The notes under the pieces were generated by a model. The model was not told the origin of the DNA, did no database searches, and saw nothing but the letters and a program-made list of their open reading frames with translations. 64,000 nt of DNA from assembly GCA_964016885.1 (NCBI GenBank), contig OZ024740.1, positions 90,210,001 to 90,274,000 on the forward strand. Reading direction: 5' to 3'. The translations under genes and the position numbers were made by a program. Positions 42,700-55,348 of this stretch are shown in pieces; position 1 is the first letter of the stretch, and each line of letters opens with the position of its first letter. The stretch comes from Eledone cirrhosa. Lineage: Eukaryota.

Positions 42700-43320
42700 A
42701 GAAACACACGCACCATCTGCTTTCACTCCAATTTATTATAAATAAAAAAATAAAAATAAATAAATAATAAAAAAAATCGTTTAAATGTTTTCAAAAAAAT
42801 TATATATTTCCGGTTGGCTGGTTGGTTCCACAACCGCACGTTTCTTCATACATTATCAAAGTTCTTTCGTCAAACATTCTGTGACCTCTTCAATGACTAG
42901 GGATTATTTTCTTTGTTTTGTGCCTCTCCCATGTTCTGTCCTACGCCATCTTGTTTTTGTGTGTGCTGTGTGCTTAGTTTGCGTATGTGTTACATCCGCG
43001 TGTCTGTGTGTGTTTTTATTTGTTTATTTATTTGTTTATTTACATTTTACTGGTTGGTTGTTTGTTCTATGTGTGTTTTTCTCATTTTGACCTTAATTGT
43101 AAGCTGTGATGTTGCTATTCCATTCATGTCTTCTGTTTAATTTTGGTTGGAGTTCATTTATGTTTATTGCCTCTGTGATTTGTCTAAACATTGCGTCTTT
43201 TCTGTGTGTAGATTTTATTTTTATTTCTATGTTCTCTAATTTGCCCTTATGTTCTATTTTAGCAGAGGCACCCGGATGTAACATATGCGCAAACTAAGCA
43301 CACAACACACACACAAACAA
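42700..43320 (-). mobile_element. Second copy of the GIY-YIG PLE 3' fragment with a short inverted pLTR piece at its 5' end
   Basis: 42700-43262 is the reverse complement of about 34340-34855. 43269-43320 repeats 42955-43000 in the opposite orientation. Confidence 0.85.
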
Positions 43321-44176
43321 TAATATGGATTCTGAACATGTGCACGCGCTTAGGTCATATTAAGTTCAACTCCAAGAAGCGGTGAAAAGTTACAAAAGAG
43401 TGTGATGATCAATGACATGGAAGTTGGTTTACCATGATATTAGTCCGAATAATAAAACCAAAATCGTATGTTGACGAATATTCGTACTCTCGGCATATTA
43501 AGTGTTACATGCCGTCTTTGAGAGTTTATCTTGTCGATATTTCGAGGTGTCGGAACGTGGGAAGATTTACAAGAATTAAGAAGATATAACTTCTCCGACA
43601 TTATTGACAGTTTGCAACAGTGACGCTTACAAGGCAGTCTTTAGAACCAACCCTTCTGATTGTTTATCCGACATATTATGGTGTATTTCCTCAGCTATGT
43701 CTACTATAGGAGGAAAACGGGATGGTTGTATTGAATTGGTTTGGTCATTCGTAGGTCTTTACAAACGGTGATATCCAGTTCCTTGAACAGTACTTGTATA
43801 TGTTCGCTCTGTTAGAATTTATTTAATAATCGCGATGACTTCCTCAATTGTTCTGTGTTTGTTCTTGAGTGCAAACTTACCAAGGCAGTAAGTTTGCTAT
43901 TCTTATCCATAAGTTTGTTGAATAAGTTCAATATTCTTCGAGCTCAAATTTCCCGGCTTATTCACTCTGAATGAACAAAGCTGGATGGAAGTACTTATGA
44001 CTAAATTTAACTATTGATAGTTCGACACAAAAAATTGATCTGCCTAAAACACACCTAGCATATGTTGCTATTGAAAATCCAGTTTGGGCTGCCAGGGTCG
44101 CCATCATTTTCAGGCGCACCCTGGGAACTGCGAATAACCCCACCTTTCCCGGGCATTACCGGGTACTGCAGCAATA

Positions 44177-44219
<43 letters not shown>

Positions 44220-44226
<7 letters not shown>

Positions 44227-44676
44227 GTTTGAATATGTATAATAAAGCCAAAACAATGCAGGTATGGACATAGAAAAAAGAATACAATTGAAAAAGATAT
44301 TGTTGACAATTCGCCTTTTACCTTAGTTTTATTTAAATGTCCTTAATTTTCGGGATAATATCTCTTCTTCAGAGGGAAATAAAGGTCTCAAACCAGCGTT
44401 CTAAATATCTTGCCAAGCCATGCTGACAGGAAATAGTATAGAGTATCTGATACTCTATACTATTTCCTGTCAGCATGGCTTGGCAAGATATTTAGAACGC
44501 TGGTTTGAGACCTTTATTTCCCTCTGAAGAAGAGATATTATCTCGAAAATTAAGGACATTTAAATAAATCTAAGGTAAAAGGCGAATTGTCAACAATATC
44601 TTTTTCAATTGTATTCTTTTTTCTATGTCCATACCTGCATTGTTTTGGCTTTATTTTACATATTCAAACGTTTATA
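44220..44676. repeat. Near-perfect palindrome, 228-bp arms, 1-nt spacer (T44448)
   Basis: GAGTATC-T-GATACTC centre; only a few mismatches between the arms; left flank is (TA)n. Confidence 0.95.
44521..44555 (+). ncRNA. Ultra-minimal hammerhead-like motif (mirror copy 44341-44375, minus strand)
   Basis: CCT-CTGAAGA-a-GAGATattATCTC-GAAA-AT-TA-AGG; loop-less palindromic stem III AATT. Confidence 0.6.
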
Positions 44677-44715
44677 CCTCATTACACAATGCTTCAAGTG
44701 AACTATAACTTCCTC

Positions 44716-44777
<62 letters not shown>

Positions 44778-44820
44778 AATGTAGAAAAGTAACACACAAC
44801 TTGATATATATACAGACATA

Positions 44821-45231
44821 TAGTAGAAAGAAACAAGATCCTTTCAGTAGAAAATGTTGAAGAGAATCTTTATGTAAGATATCAAAACATTAATTTATTT
44901 ACAATACCGGTTTCAGGATTATATGCATTATCAATTGCGGATATGCAGAATATTGTTAAGTTGCATATTTTTACAAATAGTGATAATAAATATGAAAATA
45001 AAAGGGGAATTAAAATTAATTTTTACATACGTGTTCATTCTCTGCATTAAGTTTTCATCCCCTTTTTATTTTAATATTTATGATTATTATTATTACTATT
45101 TGTACAACCTAACAATATTATATATATCCACAATTGACAATGCATATATTGTAAATAAATTAATGTTTTGATATTTCACTGAGAAAATCTCTTCAACATT
45201 TTCTACTGAAAGAATCTTTTTCCTTTCTACT
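44821..45231. repeat. Diverged fold-back with a U3-A8 variant hammerhead motif (44901-44938, minus strand)
   Basis: Arms TAGTAGAAAG..TTTCAGTAGAAAATGTTGAAGAGA / TCTCTTCAACATTTTCTACTGAAAG..CTTTCTACTA. Confidence 0.8.
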
Positions 45232-45267
45232 ATTTGTTTATACATATATATATATATATATAGATAT

Positions 45268-45333
<66 letters not shown>

Positions 45334-45378
45334 ACACACACACACACGCGCACATATATTTATATATATATATATAAA

Positions 45379-45418
<40 letters not shown>

Positions 45419-48362
45419 TATATGCATACATAACTATAGAGGAGTGATACATATATAGAATGTGAACCGCTGCACGCTATCCTTAAAAGTACTGAAATGT
45501 ATTTAGCAGATCTAGCATGAGGTACCATCAAGGATCACCATCCAAATACTCTCTTTTATTGCGATCATCAAAGTGAAAACCACGCTCAGAGAAGACAATC
45601 ATGATTTTTGGGGCTTGTTAGCATTGGGACATATCCTTCAAATGCTACAAAGAAAATCACTTGTAGCAAAATAAGAAGAGAGGTGATAGAAGAAATGATG
45701 CATGTTTCACACTTTAATTTTATTTTTAATGAAGAATGATAATAATGTTAAATATGAAAATATGAAATCAATTCTAGATACTGTTAATTATTAGTGTAAC
45801 CTTTAAGTGAACTGAATTATGGAAACTGATTATTGTTGAAATTATATCTTTCACCTATATAGTGTTGAACTGCACATTGATCTTTTCTTATTTTTAGAAC
45901 AGTAATGACATCAATAAATATACAAATAAATATTACACCATATATAACTGTTAGGTCTGAACATAACGGAATCAAATCCCCATTGCCACTGCTTCCCTCT
46001 CTCTTGGTCTCCATATATCTTACTATTGTAAGCAATTGTGGGGCCACGTACTGGTCGCCCCGCAGCCTCGGCGGGCAGCATAGAGAAGTAGGATGGTGAG
46101 AGAGACACGTTAGAAGAGCCATTCAAGCTCATAAGGCCGTCTCCACTGCTTCGGGACCGACCGCAAACCAGTCGAATAATATTTGGAGAGTTTGCCCTTC
46201 ACGGCCCGAAATGAACCAGGGATTAATTTTATTAATAATTTATTAAAAACTAAAGACAAAAGAGATGTTTTATTATTCACAGTTATATAAATAACATTAC
46301 AAATACAAAATAATTTATTCGAAGATGGAATTATGAAAAAGAAATATAAAAACATTATCAAGTATTGAAAATAAGTGGCAGGTCTGTTTCTATTGTCATG
46401 CAGCTAAGAATTCCCGGCCTTTATTGTCGTAGGCTATTCAAAACAAAACATGGCTTTCCGTGAGATTTTCCCACGCTCATATAAACCTCCACTATGTTCA
46501 TCATACTTCTTTTCACTCTCCGTGTATAATGTTATGCTCATTTTCGGTAAGGAAGCAGGAGCAGCATATATGAACAGGGAAACTGTTAACCTGGGTAGGA
46601 GAGTCACGCCTTTAGACGTCAAATTGTGTAAGAGAAAAAAATGCTAAATGGAAACGAGAAGATTATGAAGAAGAAGTTTATTTTTACATAAAAATGTTTT
46701 AGGGACAAACAAAATAGGTTGCTTTCACACAAACAATCACACATTAAGACAATATGGACAGTGTTTGTTTATTTTATATTACTACACGTTTCCTATAACC
46801 CCTATATAATGATTAAACTGTATTTGATAAATAAATGTTTCGATTGTTCGAAATGATTTTTCTTGCAGTTATCAATATGTGAAGATATTCACAAACACAC
46901 AATATTTCATATATGCACACACATGTGCATAAATTTACTCTCTATATTTATCTATATATCTCGTTATCTATTTCTTATCTATGTCACTCATTCTCGTTTA
47001 CACATATATTGAACTCGTGGATATTGCTCTGTGTCGTGTATGTTTCCATAACACGATTATGTTTTCGTGCCATAATCATAATTGTTGGTCACTAAGCTGA
47101 TGTTTCTGTGAATATTGCGATGTGTTGTTTAAAATCACAGAATCTCACATAATTGCCTCCAGATAAAAGCTGATTTTAAAACAATATTTTCTTATAAAAA
47201 ATGCACATATGATATATATACTATTCTTAAGCAACGGCATCATTTATTACCAAGCGCAAACATTTTGGTAAAAGAAACTGGCATGGAGTCAGTATTTATT
47301 GTATAAAAGTGGTCGTATTATCTATAAACATGCACAAAAATAATTCACTGAAATCAAAATAAATCAGAATACATCACAATATTTTTTGTTTATTTGTTCT
47401 CCTCTTTATAATGACATATATTACAGTAGAATTCTGAATGTTTTAATGTAGTTATACCATTATGTAAACATCTTACGTTGTTCATTAAATAGTTGATGTG
47501 GTTTTCTAAATAAATATATACATATACACCAGGTCCAAACACAATGGAATAAAAATTCCACTGTCACTGCTTCCCCATCTCTCCTGCGTTCCCCATCTCT
47601 CACAATTGTGAGCAAATAGGGGCCCAAATGTTCGCCGCCCCGGCAGACAGAATAGAAAAGCAGTTTTCTAGGAGAATGGTGAAGGAGACGCATGGAAGAG
47701 CCATTCCAGCTCACGAGACTTTCACCTGCCTGAAGCCAACGCTGAATCGATGGTTGTATGTAGGGTGGTGATCATAGGGCGAAGGGCAGTAGAATATTCC
47801 CCTGCTACAGATAGCCCGCAAACCCGAAGTGCCACACAGTCGTAGTTAATGACACAATGCGCAAGGTTTCCGATATATGTGGTATCCGAGATGAAGAGTT
47901 TACCACCGCAGAAGTGTAAGATAGTCACGTCGTGCCGTCTGCCCATTTGACTTACACTCGGTGGAGGAGCCTGCACCATCCAAGCCATGTTATATTACAA
48001 CATTGAGAGCAGCATCGCCTGAAAGGCGGCCGGTACTGTAGTAACAGGACATCGGGTAGATGCCGAAGGAGTCCACGGTACCAATGCCATGTGTTACACC
48101 CTCCAGTATTCCGATGATTCGATCAGTGACAAACACTGTATTTAAGCTCGAGTGACGCAATGTCGGGTGATTAGCGGCCTTTCGACTCACCTGATCAATG
48201 AAACAATTGTAAATACTGCATATAAAACTCTTTTTGTATATAAAACATTTTTTTTTAATTACGAGGGTTGATATATCACGTTGGTTGGACATATTTAACC
48301 TGAAGCGAACGGAAAATACAGGATAAAGAGTAAAATGTACAGACCGTTTCAATAGCTATTTC

Positions 48363-48450
48363 ATCTACCGGACAGATTAGATATTTAATCTGTTTCGCCC
48401 TGAGCATTTTGTTTGTAACAGATAATCCGTGGGCATCATCAGCGAGAGAT
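48363..48450 (-). ncRNA. Type I hammerhead ribozyme with full stem III
   Basis: TCG-CTGATGA-t-GCCC..GGGC-GAAA-CAGATTAaatatcTAATCTG-TC-CGG; GTC triplet. Confidence 0.8.
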
Positions 48451-48683
48451 AAGATCAAATGTGGCAAACACCTAAAACTAAAAGCTATACGAATTAATAT
48501 TTCACCTCGTGTGCGAGAAGTCTGAAGTGGCGAGAGGGGATCGGCTAGAAACGATAGCCTAAATACACCCAACTTATAAGTTAGGGAGCCGAAATTCAAA
48601 TAAAAGGCATAGTTAATAACTCATATAAATACCCTGTAATTAACAAGCTCAAAGTATAAATACTGAGCATTATATAATAAGGA

Positions 48684-48875
48684 AAGGCGGTGGATTTGCA
48701 GTATTGGTAGAGGGTCGGACACCATGCTTTGTAGCATAGAGTTACCTCCCTTTATGATTTGAGTTCAAATCCCGCCGAGGTTAACTTTACCTTTCATCCT
48801 TACGGGGTCGATAGAATAAAGTACCAGTAATGCACTGGGTAATTTATGGCCTTGTGCCAAAAGTAGAAACAATTA
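48684..48875 (+). mobile_element. SINE family 1, full length
   Basis: A/B boxes; TSD ATTATATAATAA (48669-48680, 48872-48883). Confidence 0.9.
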
Positions 48876-49026
48876 TATAATAATATATTTAGTAATAAAC
48901 TGAGTAAATTGTGTGTTTAAAATTACGAGAGTTGTTATACCACGTTGGTTTGACAGATTTAACCTGAAGCAAACGGAAAATACAGGATAAAGAGTAAAAT
49001 GTACACACCGTTTCAAAAACTATTTC

Positions 49027-49112
49027 ATCTCCCGGACAGAATAGAGATTTAATCTGTTTCGCCCTGAGGATTTTGTTTATAACATAATCCGTAGGCATCA
49101 TCAACGAGAGAT
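49027..49112 (-). ncRNA. Type I hammerhead, second tandem copy (C3U change)
   Basis: ATCTCTCG-TTGATGA-t-GCCT..GGGC-GAAA-CAGATTA..TATTCTG-TC-CGGGAGAT; 8-bp stem I. Confidence 0.7.
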
Positions 49113-49190
49113 AAGATCAAATGTGGCAAACACCTAAATCTACAAGCTACACGAATTATATATATATATATTTATATTTATATTTATTTC

Positions 49191-49322
<132 letters not shown>

Positions 49323-49352
49323 CATCATCATCGTCATCATCATCATCATATA

Positions 49353-49418
<66 letters not shown>

Positions 49419-49544
49419 AAAGTTCTATTTAAAATTATGGGATACAACCAGAAAATATTTTATAACTGATATAAAGCACTCGACAATTTTTGGAGTAGAT
49501 ATACGATATTAATAAATGGAAACTATATTTATAAAACCATATTT

Positions 49545-49607
49545 ATTTCATTATACATATTTCAGGGATACCAAATTAAAATATGGTATCCCTTCATCAG
49601 ACAAAAT
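49545..49607 (-). ncRNA. Type I hammerhead in the left pLTR
   Basis: ATTTTGT-CTGATGA-AGGGATACCAtattttaattTGGTATCCCT-GAAA-TATGTA-TA-ATGAAAT; perfect 10-bp stem II. Confidence 0.8.
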
Positions 49608-50375
49608 ACAATATATAAACAGTTTTATAAATAATTTTGACGTACCCTATTAAATACAACCATTATTTTTGGAAGCTGTCTGGATAGTGAAATGTTTATA
49701 TTATTTTATTAGTTATAGTGTTAAGCACAATTAGAAAAAGACGGAGAGAAAGAAAGAAAAAAAAATGAATTAGATGAATTAGACATTGAGAATAAAACAC
49801 AACCCTTCATGCCTAGGAAACCCAAGATCAATATGAAAGATCACAAAAGAAACTTTGAAAATGATTTGCCAGTCAGATTGATTGCACCATCTAAATCTGA
49901 CCTGGGAAAACTTAGCAAAAACATTCTAGAAAGGGTAATACAACAAATTAAAAACTTACCTAATTTACCTTACTTAAAGTTATGGAAGGGGACTGGTGAG
50001 GTTATTGAGTGGTTTAAAGAAATTAAATATAACTATAATAATAAGTTTATTCAGCTGGATATTGCTAACTACTATTCATCTGTCACACCTAATCTACTGA
50101 ATAAGGCACTAAATTACGCATTTAAACATACTGACCTAACTAGCAATGAAATGCACATTATATTATCGGCAAGGAAAACATTGATAGAATTTAATAACCA
50201 ACTCTGGACTAGGGCAGATAGAGATAATAATTTCGACATAACTATGGGATCATCAGACTCAGCTCAGGTAACGGACCTTGTGGGCCTATTTATAATTAAT
50301 TCGCTACATAGAAAAATACCAGGTGTAACCGGAGGATTATATCGTGATGACATGCTTTTACTTATTGAAAATAAT

Positions 50376-50558
50376 TGTTTCTACTTTTGGCACAAGGCCA
50401 ACAATTACTCAGTACATTACTGGTACTTTATTTTATCGACCCCGTAAGGATGAAAGGCAAAGTTAACCTCAGCGGGATTTGAACTCAGACTGTAAAGGGA
50501 CGTAACTATGCTAGAAAACATGGCGTCCAACCCTCTACAGATACTGCCAATTCACCGC
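50376..50558 (-). mobile_element. SINE family 1 inserted in the PLE RT just after YRDD
   Basis: TSD CTTATTGAAAATAAT (50361-50375, 50560-50574). Confidence 0.9.
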
Positions 50559-51621
50559 ACTTATTGAAAATAATGGCTGTGAACTAAATAGAAAAAGAAA
50601 ACAAATTATACAATTTTTTAATTACCTTAATCTAAAAATAGAAATAGAGAATAACCATAGAATAGTCAATTTTCTGGATGTAACACTAAATCTCAACACA
50701 TGTCTTCATTATCCATTTCACAAACTAAATGAGAACTTGAATTATGTCAATTTTAACTCTAATCACCCCAGATCTGTTAAAAATACTATAGTGAACTCTG
50801 TTCAAGAACGAATTTCAAGAATTTCATGTAATAAAAATATTTTTGATGAAAAAGCGCAGTATTACAATGAAGCGTTAGGTAGAGCAGGATATAGAGATAA
50901 CATTAAATACATCGATAATAATAATAAGCAAACTAGCCAAAATAATAACAATTTCAATTACGGTAACAACTTTAACAACTATAATAGAAAACATTACAAT
51001 AATTCCAAAAGCCGAAAAAGAAATAGAACTAGAAATATATTATTGTTTGCCCCCCTTTCTCACTAAATATTAAAACCCATATTGCTAAACTATTCTTTAA
51101 TGCTCTTGACAAACGCTTACATAGAACACATAAATATTACTCAATTTTTAATAGACACACTATAAAATTAACTTACTCGTCCACCAAAAATTTAGCACAA
51201 AATATTAATAGAATTAATAATAGGAATTTAAAACCTCTATATATAGTATTTTCTCTCTCTTGAGTTTTCTATCTGTATGATGACTTATTATCTCTCTGTT
51301 GCTTTCCTTTGTTTTTCTTATTTCTTCCTTTTTTCTTTCTTTTTTATTTCCTCCTATCAATTTATCTCTTTCTTTTCTACATACATTTCTCTCTCTCTCC
51401 GATATTTCTCCAGGTTCTCTTTTTCTCTCTCTCCTTCTTTCTCTCTCCTTCTCTCTCTCCGTCTTTTTTTTCTTTCTTTCTCTCCGCCTTTTTTCTAATT
51501 GTGCTTAACACTATAACTAATAAAATAATATAAACAGTTTACTATCCAGACAGCTTCCAAAAATAATGGTTGCATTTAATAGGGTACGTTAAAATTATTT
51601 ATAAAACTGTTTATATATTGT

Positions 51622-51684
51622 ATTTTGTCTGATGAAGGCATACCATATTTTAATTTTGTATCCCTGAAATATCTATAATGAAAT
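51622..51684 (+). ncRNA. Type I hammerhead in the right pLTR
   Basis: Same motif as 49545-49607 with two stem II mismatches. Confidence 0.7.
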
Positions 51685-51724
51685 AAATATGGTTTTATAA
51701 ATATAGTTTCCATTTATTAATATC

Positions 51725-51836
<112 letters not shown>

Positions 51837-52094
51837 CAAAATTAGGGTTATTTTTATAAAGAGCAGTCCCAAACAGTTGAAAATATAAGGACAATAAATT
51901 GAAAATGAAACTGAAGTCTTTTGTGAATATTTATTTGTTCACTTTACCAGATTCTCAGTTCTTATGAACTGAGTAAAATTGAGATCTAGGGTTTGTGTTT
52001 CTGTTATGGTTTGTCTGTGCGAGATAAAGTAAATAAATAAATATTCCTAAAATCTCCAGTTTCATTTTCAATTACTTTTCCTTATATATATATA

Positions 52095-52153
<59 letters not shown>

Positions 52154-52168
52154 TCATGCACACATACA

Positions 52169-52286
<118 letters not shown>

Positions 52287-53510
52287 TATATGCAAATTAA
52301 TGAAGGTGTTACGAGACGTTATATCAAGTTCGTTATATACATCTTACATATGTTTCGCCCAAACTAGTTCCTCAGAGAAATGATTGTTTATATAATGTCA
52401 TCAACAGATATAAATACTGTTAGGGCAGGCTGAAAATATTTCCATTAGATTAACGTCACCTTGCATGGTAGGCAAAAATACTAATAATGGCGTAGGTGAA
52501 AGGGGCATATTCCGCTAAGGGGGTCAACTGCACAGTGTAGAGGCAGGAAAGCAGCCTAGAATATTTAGTATCTTCCAGCTAGAGGGATGGTTTAGCAGGG
52601 TGTGTCTAACTCAGAAGATGATAGGCAGTGCTTAGGCAAAAAAGATGTAGCTGGTTAATAGCATCATTAAATACGCTACATAGGCCTAACTATTGCAGGA
52701 AGAATTAAGTGGTGGTGTGATGTAGATAGCTGTGGTGCTAGGAGGTTATAACTGGTCTAGAGACCTGTTGTAGAACGAGTCTTGTAGCCTGTGGTTGCAA
52801 TTTATGAACATCTCAGTTCGACTATTAATGAATTCATGGGGTGAGCTTATTATATACTATGTTTCCATTAGGCACAGCTTACAATTCTTTCTAAAGTTGT
52901 AAGGCGTTGCTTTATCTACTATTCCCCATTGTTTTGTGTAGCTAATGTTAGTGTCAATTAATAGTGTAATATAATTAGCAAGGGGTGTAGAGAACCTGAT
53001 TTTTGTTATTTCTAAACGAGGGGAAATGAGATCTAAATCTAGTCTTGAACTCATTAGATGTGGCGGTTATGTAAGACCTAGTGCTATTTTTACTCATCAC
53101 CGTGCATTTATAGATTAAATTTCTAATCAGGCAGTGGTCCTGGAGTTGGCATTTGTCATGATTTCAGCAATTGTAATTATTTTTGTTGTTATTTCTAATG
53201 TGGTAAAGGCCATTGATATCATTACTACTATTATTACCACTATCACCATTATCATTATTACTACCGTTGGCATTATTACAGATATAATTTTGCAAGACGA
53301 TGTTAATCTTGTTGTTCCTATTATGATTCCCTCCACTGCTGTTGTTATCGCTGCTATGGTTCCTATCCTGGTCAGCAGTTCCCTTATTACTGTTGCAGCT
53401 AGTCTCTATAGTGTTGATATTGTTGATGATATTGTTATTACTATCATTATTATTCTGGTTAATATTATTGCTATTATGGCTATCGCTATTGTTATGGTTA
53501 TTAATGTTGC

Positions 53511-53608
53511 AGGTTAACTTTGCCTCTCATCCTTGCGGGGTCGATAAAATAAAGTACCAGTAATTTATTTGGTAATTGCTGGCCTTGTGCCTAAAATAGA
53601 AACAATTA
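53511..53608 (+). mobile_element. SINE family 1, 5'-truncated
   Basis: TSD ATTAATGTTGCAGGTT (53500-53515, 53605-53620). Confidence 0.88.
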
Positions 53609-53749
53609 ATGTTGCAGGTTGTTCTAATATTGGCATTACAAGAAGGTTTGGTGCTAGTGAGCTTCTTGTGGTTAATCAGTGCTATAAGATCGGTTAAGTT
53701 AGGTGTAATAGAGTAGGATATTTTGACATTATTATTGTTAAGCATCTTA

Positions 53750-53940
53750 AGGGCGGTGGATTGGCAGTATCGGTAGAGGGTCGGACGCCGTGCTTTCCAG
53801 CATAGTTACGTCCCTTTACGATCTGAGTTCAAATTCCGCCGAGGTTGACTTTGCCTTTCATCCTTACGAGGTCGATAAAATAAAGTACCAGTAATGCACT
53901 GGGTAATTGCTGGCCTTGTGCCTAAAGTAGAAACAATTAT
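53750..53940 (+). mobile_element. SINE family 1, full length
   Basis: TSD ATTATTGTTAAGCATCTTA (53731-53749, 53936-53954). Confidence 0.92.
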
Positions 53941-55029
53941 TGTTAAGCATCTTATGGCATGTATGGTTAGGTGGGAAGTTTTTCTCTCAGGCGTCGAAGA
54001 AGATTCTAGGTAAGTCTGAGGTGATAATCCTAGAGTATGGGGAAGGAAACATAAGACATTAAGGTGGAGTTTCCGTGATGTCGTTGGGCCGATGCAGTCG
54101 TTTCCGCCCTGGTGGGTGCTTCTACTGCAGCAGTTGCACTGCTACCTGCTGTGCACACAGTTTTTTTAGTCCAATGTATTAAACTATTCCCTGAGGAGCC
54201 GGCCTGAGTTACTGTATGTTTGTTTGTAGGTGTTGGAAAAATGCCGTCTCCATTGTTGTGCCTGTATGCAGGGATTTTTCTAATAAGTTATTTCTAGCTA
54301 CATTGTCAGAATTAGATTGGCACCGGCTCGTGGATCTACCTGGCTTATTACTGTTGCTGTCCTGATATTGTACTGGGCCAGTCGGACTTTTGTTTACACT
54401 CTCATATTTCTTATGATCAAGCACGGTTTTGCAGTGTTTATTGGTGCGCCTCACCGTTATACTAGTCCTATAGGAGGGGACTTAGTAGAACTAGTGTCCT
54501 GGATGTAGGAAATCCTATTGTTATACTCCGATTCGGCCAGTGCTTTGTTGTAGTAATCAGCAGTTTGGTCGAAAAAGTCCTAGCTGGCCGATAGCTTCGA
54601 GATTCCGTGTGAGACTCTTAACGTAAGAGAGGATCTCGTCTGGCTTGTGGTGCTGTCTATAAACGTCAGTATCTAACTCCAATGTTACATCTAGGAAGTT
54701 AACTATCTTATGGTTATGGTCTGTTGTAACTGAGAGCCCGTACGTTTTAAAGAATTTATGGATATGCTTACTGTGGCTTTCAATTCTACGGGTTTTGTAA
54801 TTTCATAGAGTAAATAGGGCGTCGTCTCTATATACACCTCCCCGTTGTGGAGGGATCTTTTCCCTGACTTATGCAGGAGGTATATTCCAACCAGGTCGGT
54901 TACTTGTGCTGAGTCATTCGACCCCATCGTGTAATCGAAATTATCAGGATGGTTGGATCGGGTCCAGTATGAGCCTTCGAAGTGAATGATGGTTCGTCTA
55001 GCTGCTCGTACTATGTCTGTATGTTTATA

Positions 55030-55079
<50 letters not shown>

Positions 55080-55184
55080 TGTATATATGCACATATATAT
55101 ACATACATATATATATATATATGTATATATGCATATGTGTATATAAATAAATATATGTATATATACATATATACATATATATAA

Positions 55185-55223
<39 letters not shown>

Positions 55224-55253
55224 CATACATACTTACATACATACATATATATA

Positions 55254-55348
<95 letters not shown>

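Larger units (their letters stand above)
48258..49160 (-). repeat. Partial tandem direct repeat (about 240-bp shared block, twice), each with a hammerhead
   Basis: 48258-48497 is similar to 48922-49158; a SINE is inserted between them. Confidence 0.9.
52770..55015 (-). pseudogene. Decayed Naiad-like PLE (RT to GIY-YIG C-terminus) with Asn-rich linker and two SINE insertions
   Basis: [64 protein letters not shown]. Confidence 0.8.

Noticed and set aside
43320-44110. LTR-retrotransposon gag relic with PBS-like TGGCGACC
   Set aside because: No recognisable protein motif or LTR pair; evidence insufficient.
52335-52412. Hammerhead relic at the 3' end of the minus-strand PLE (GAAA-CATATG-TA)
   Set aside because: Stem II cannot be formed and the core register is ambiguous; too decayed to call.
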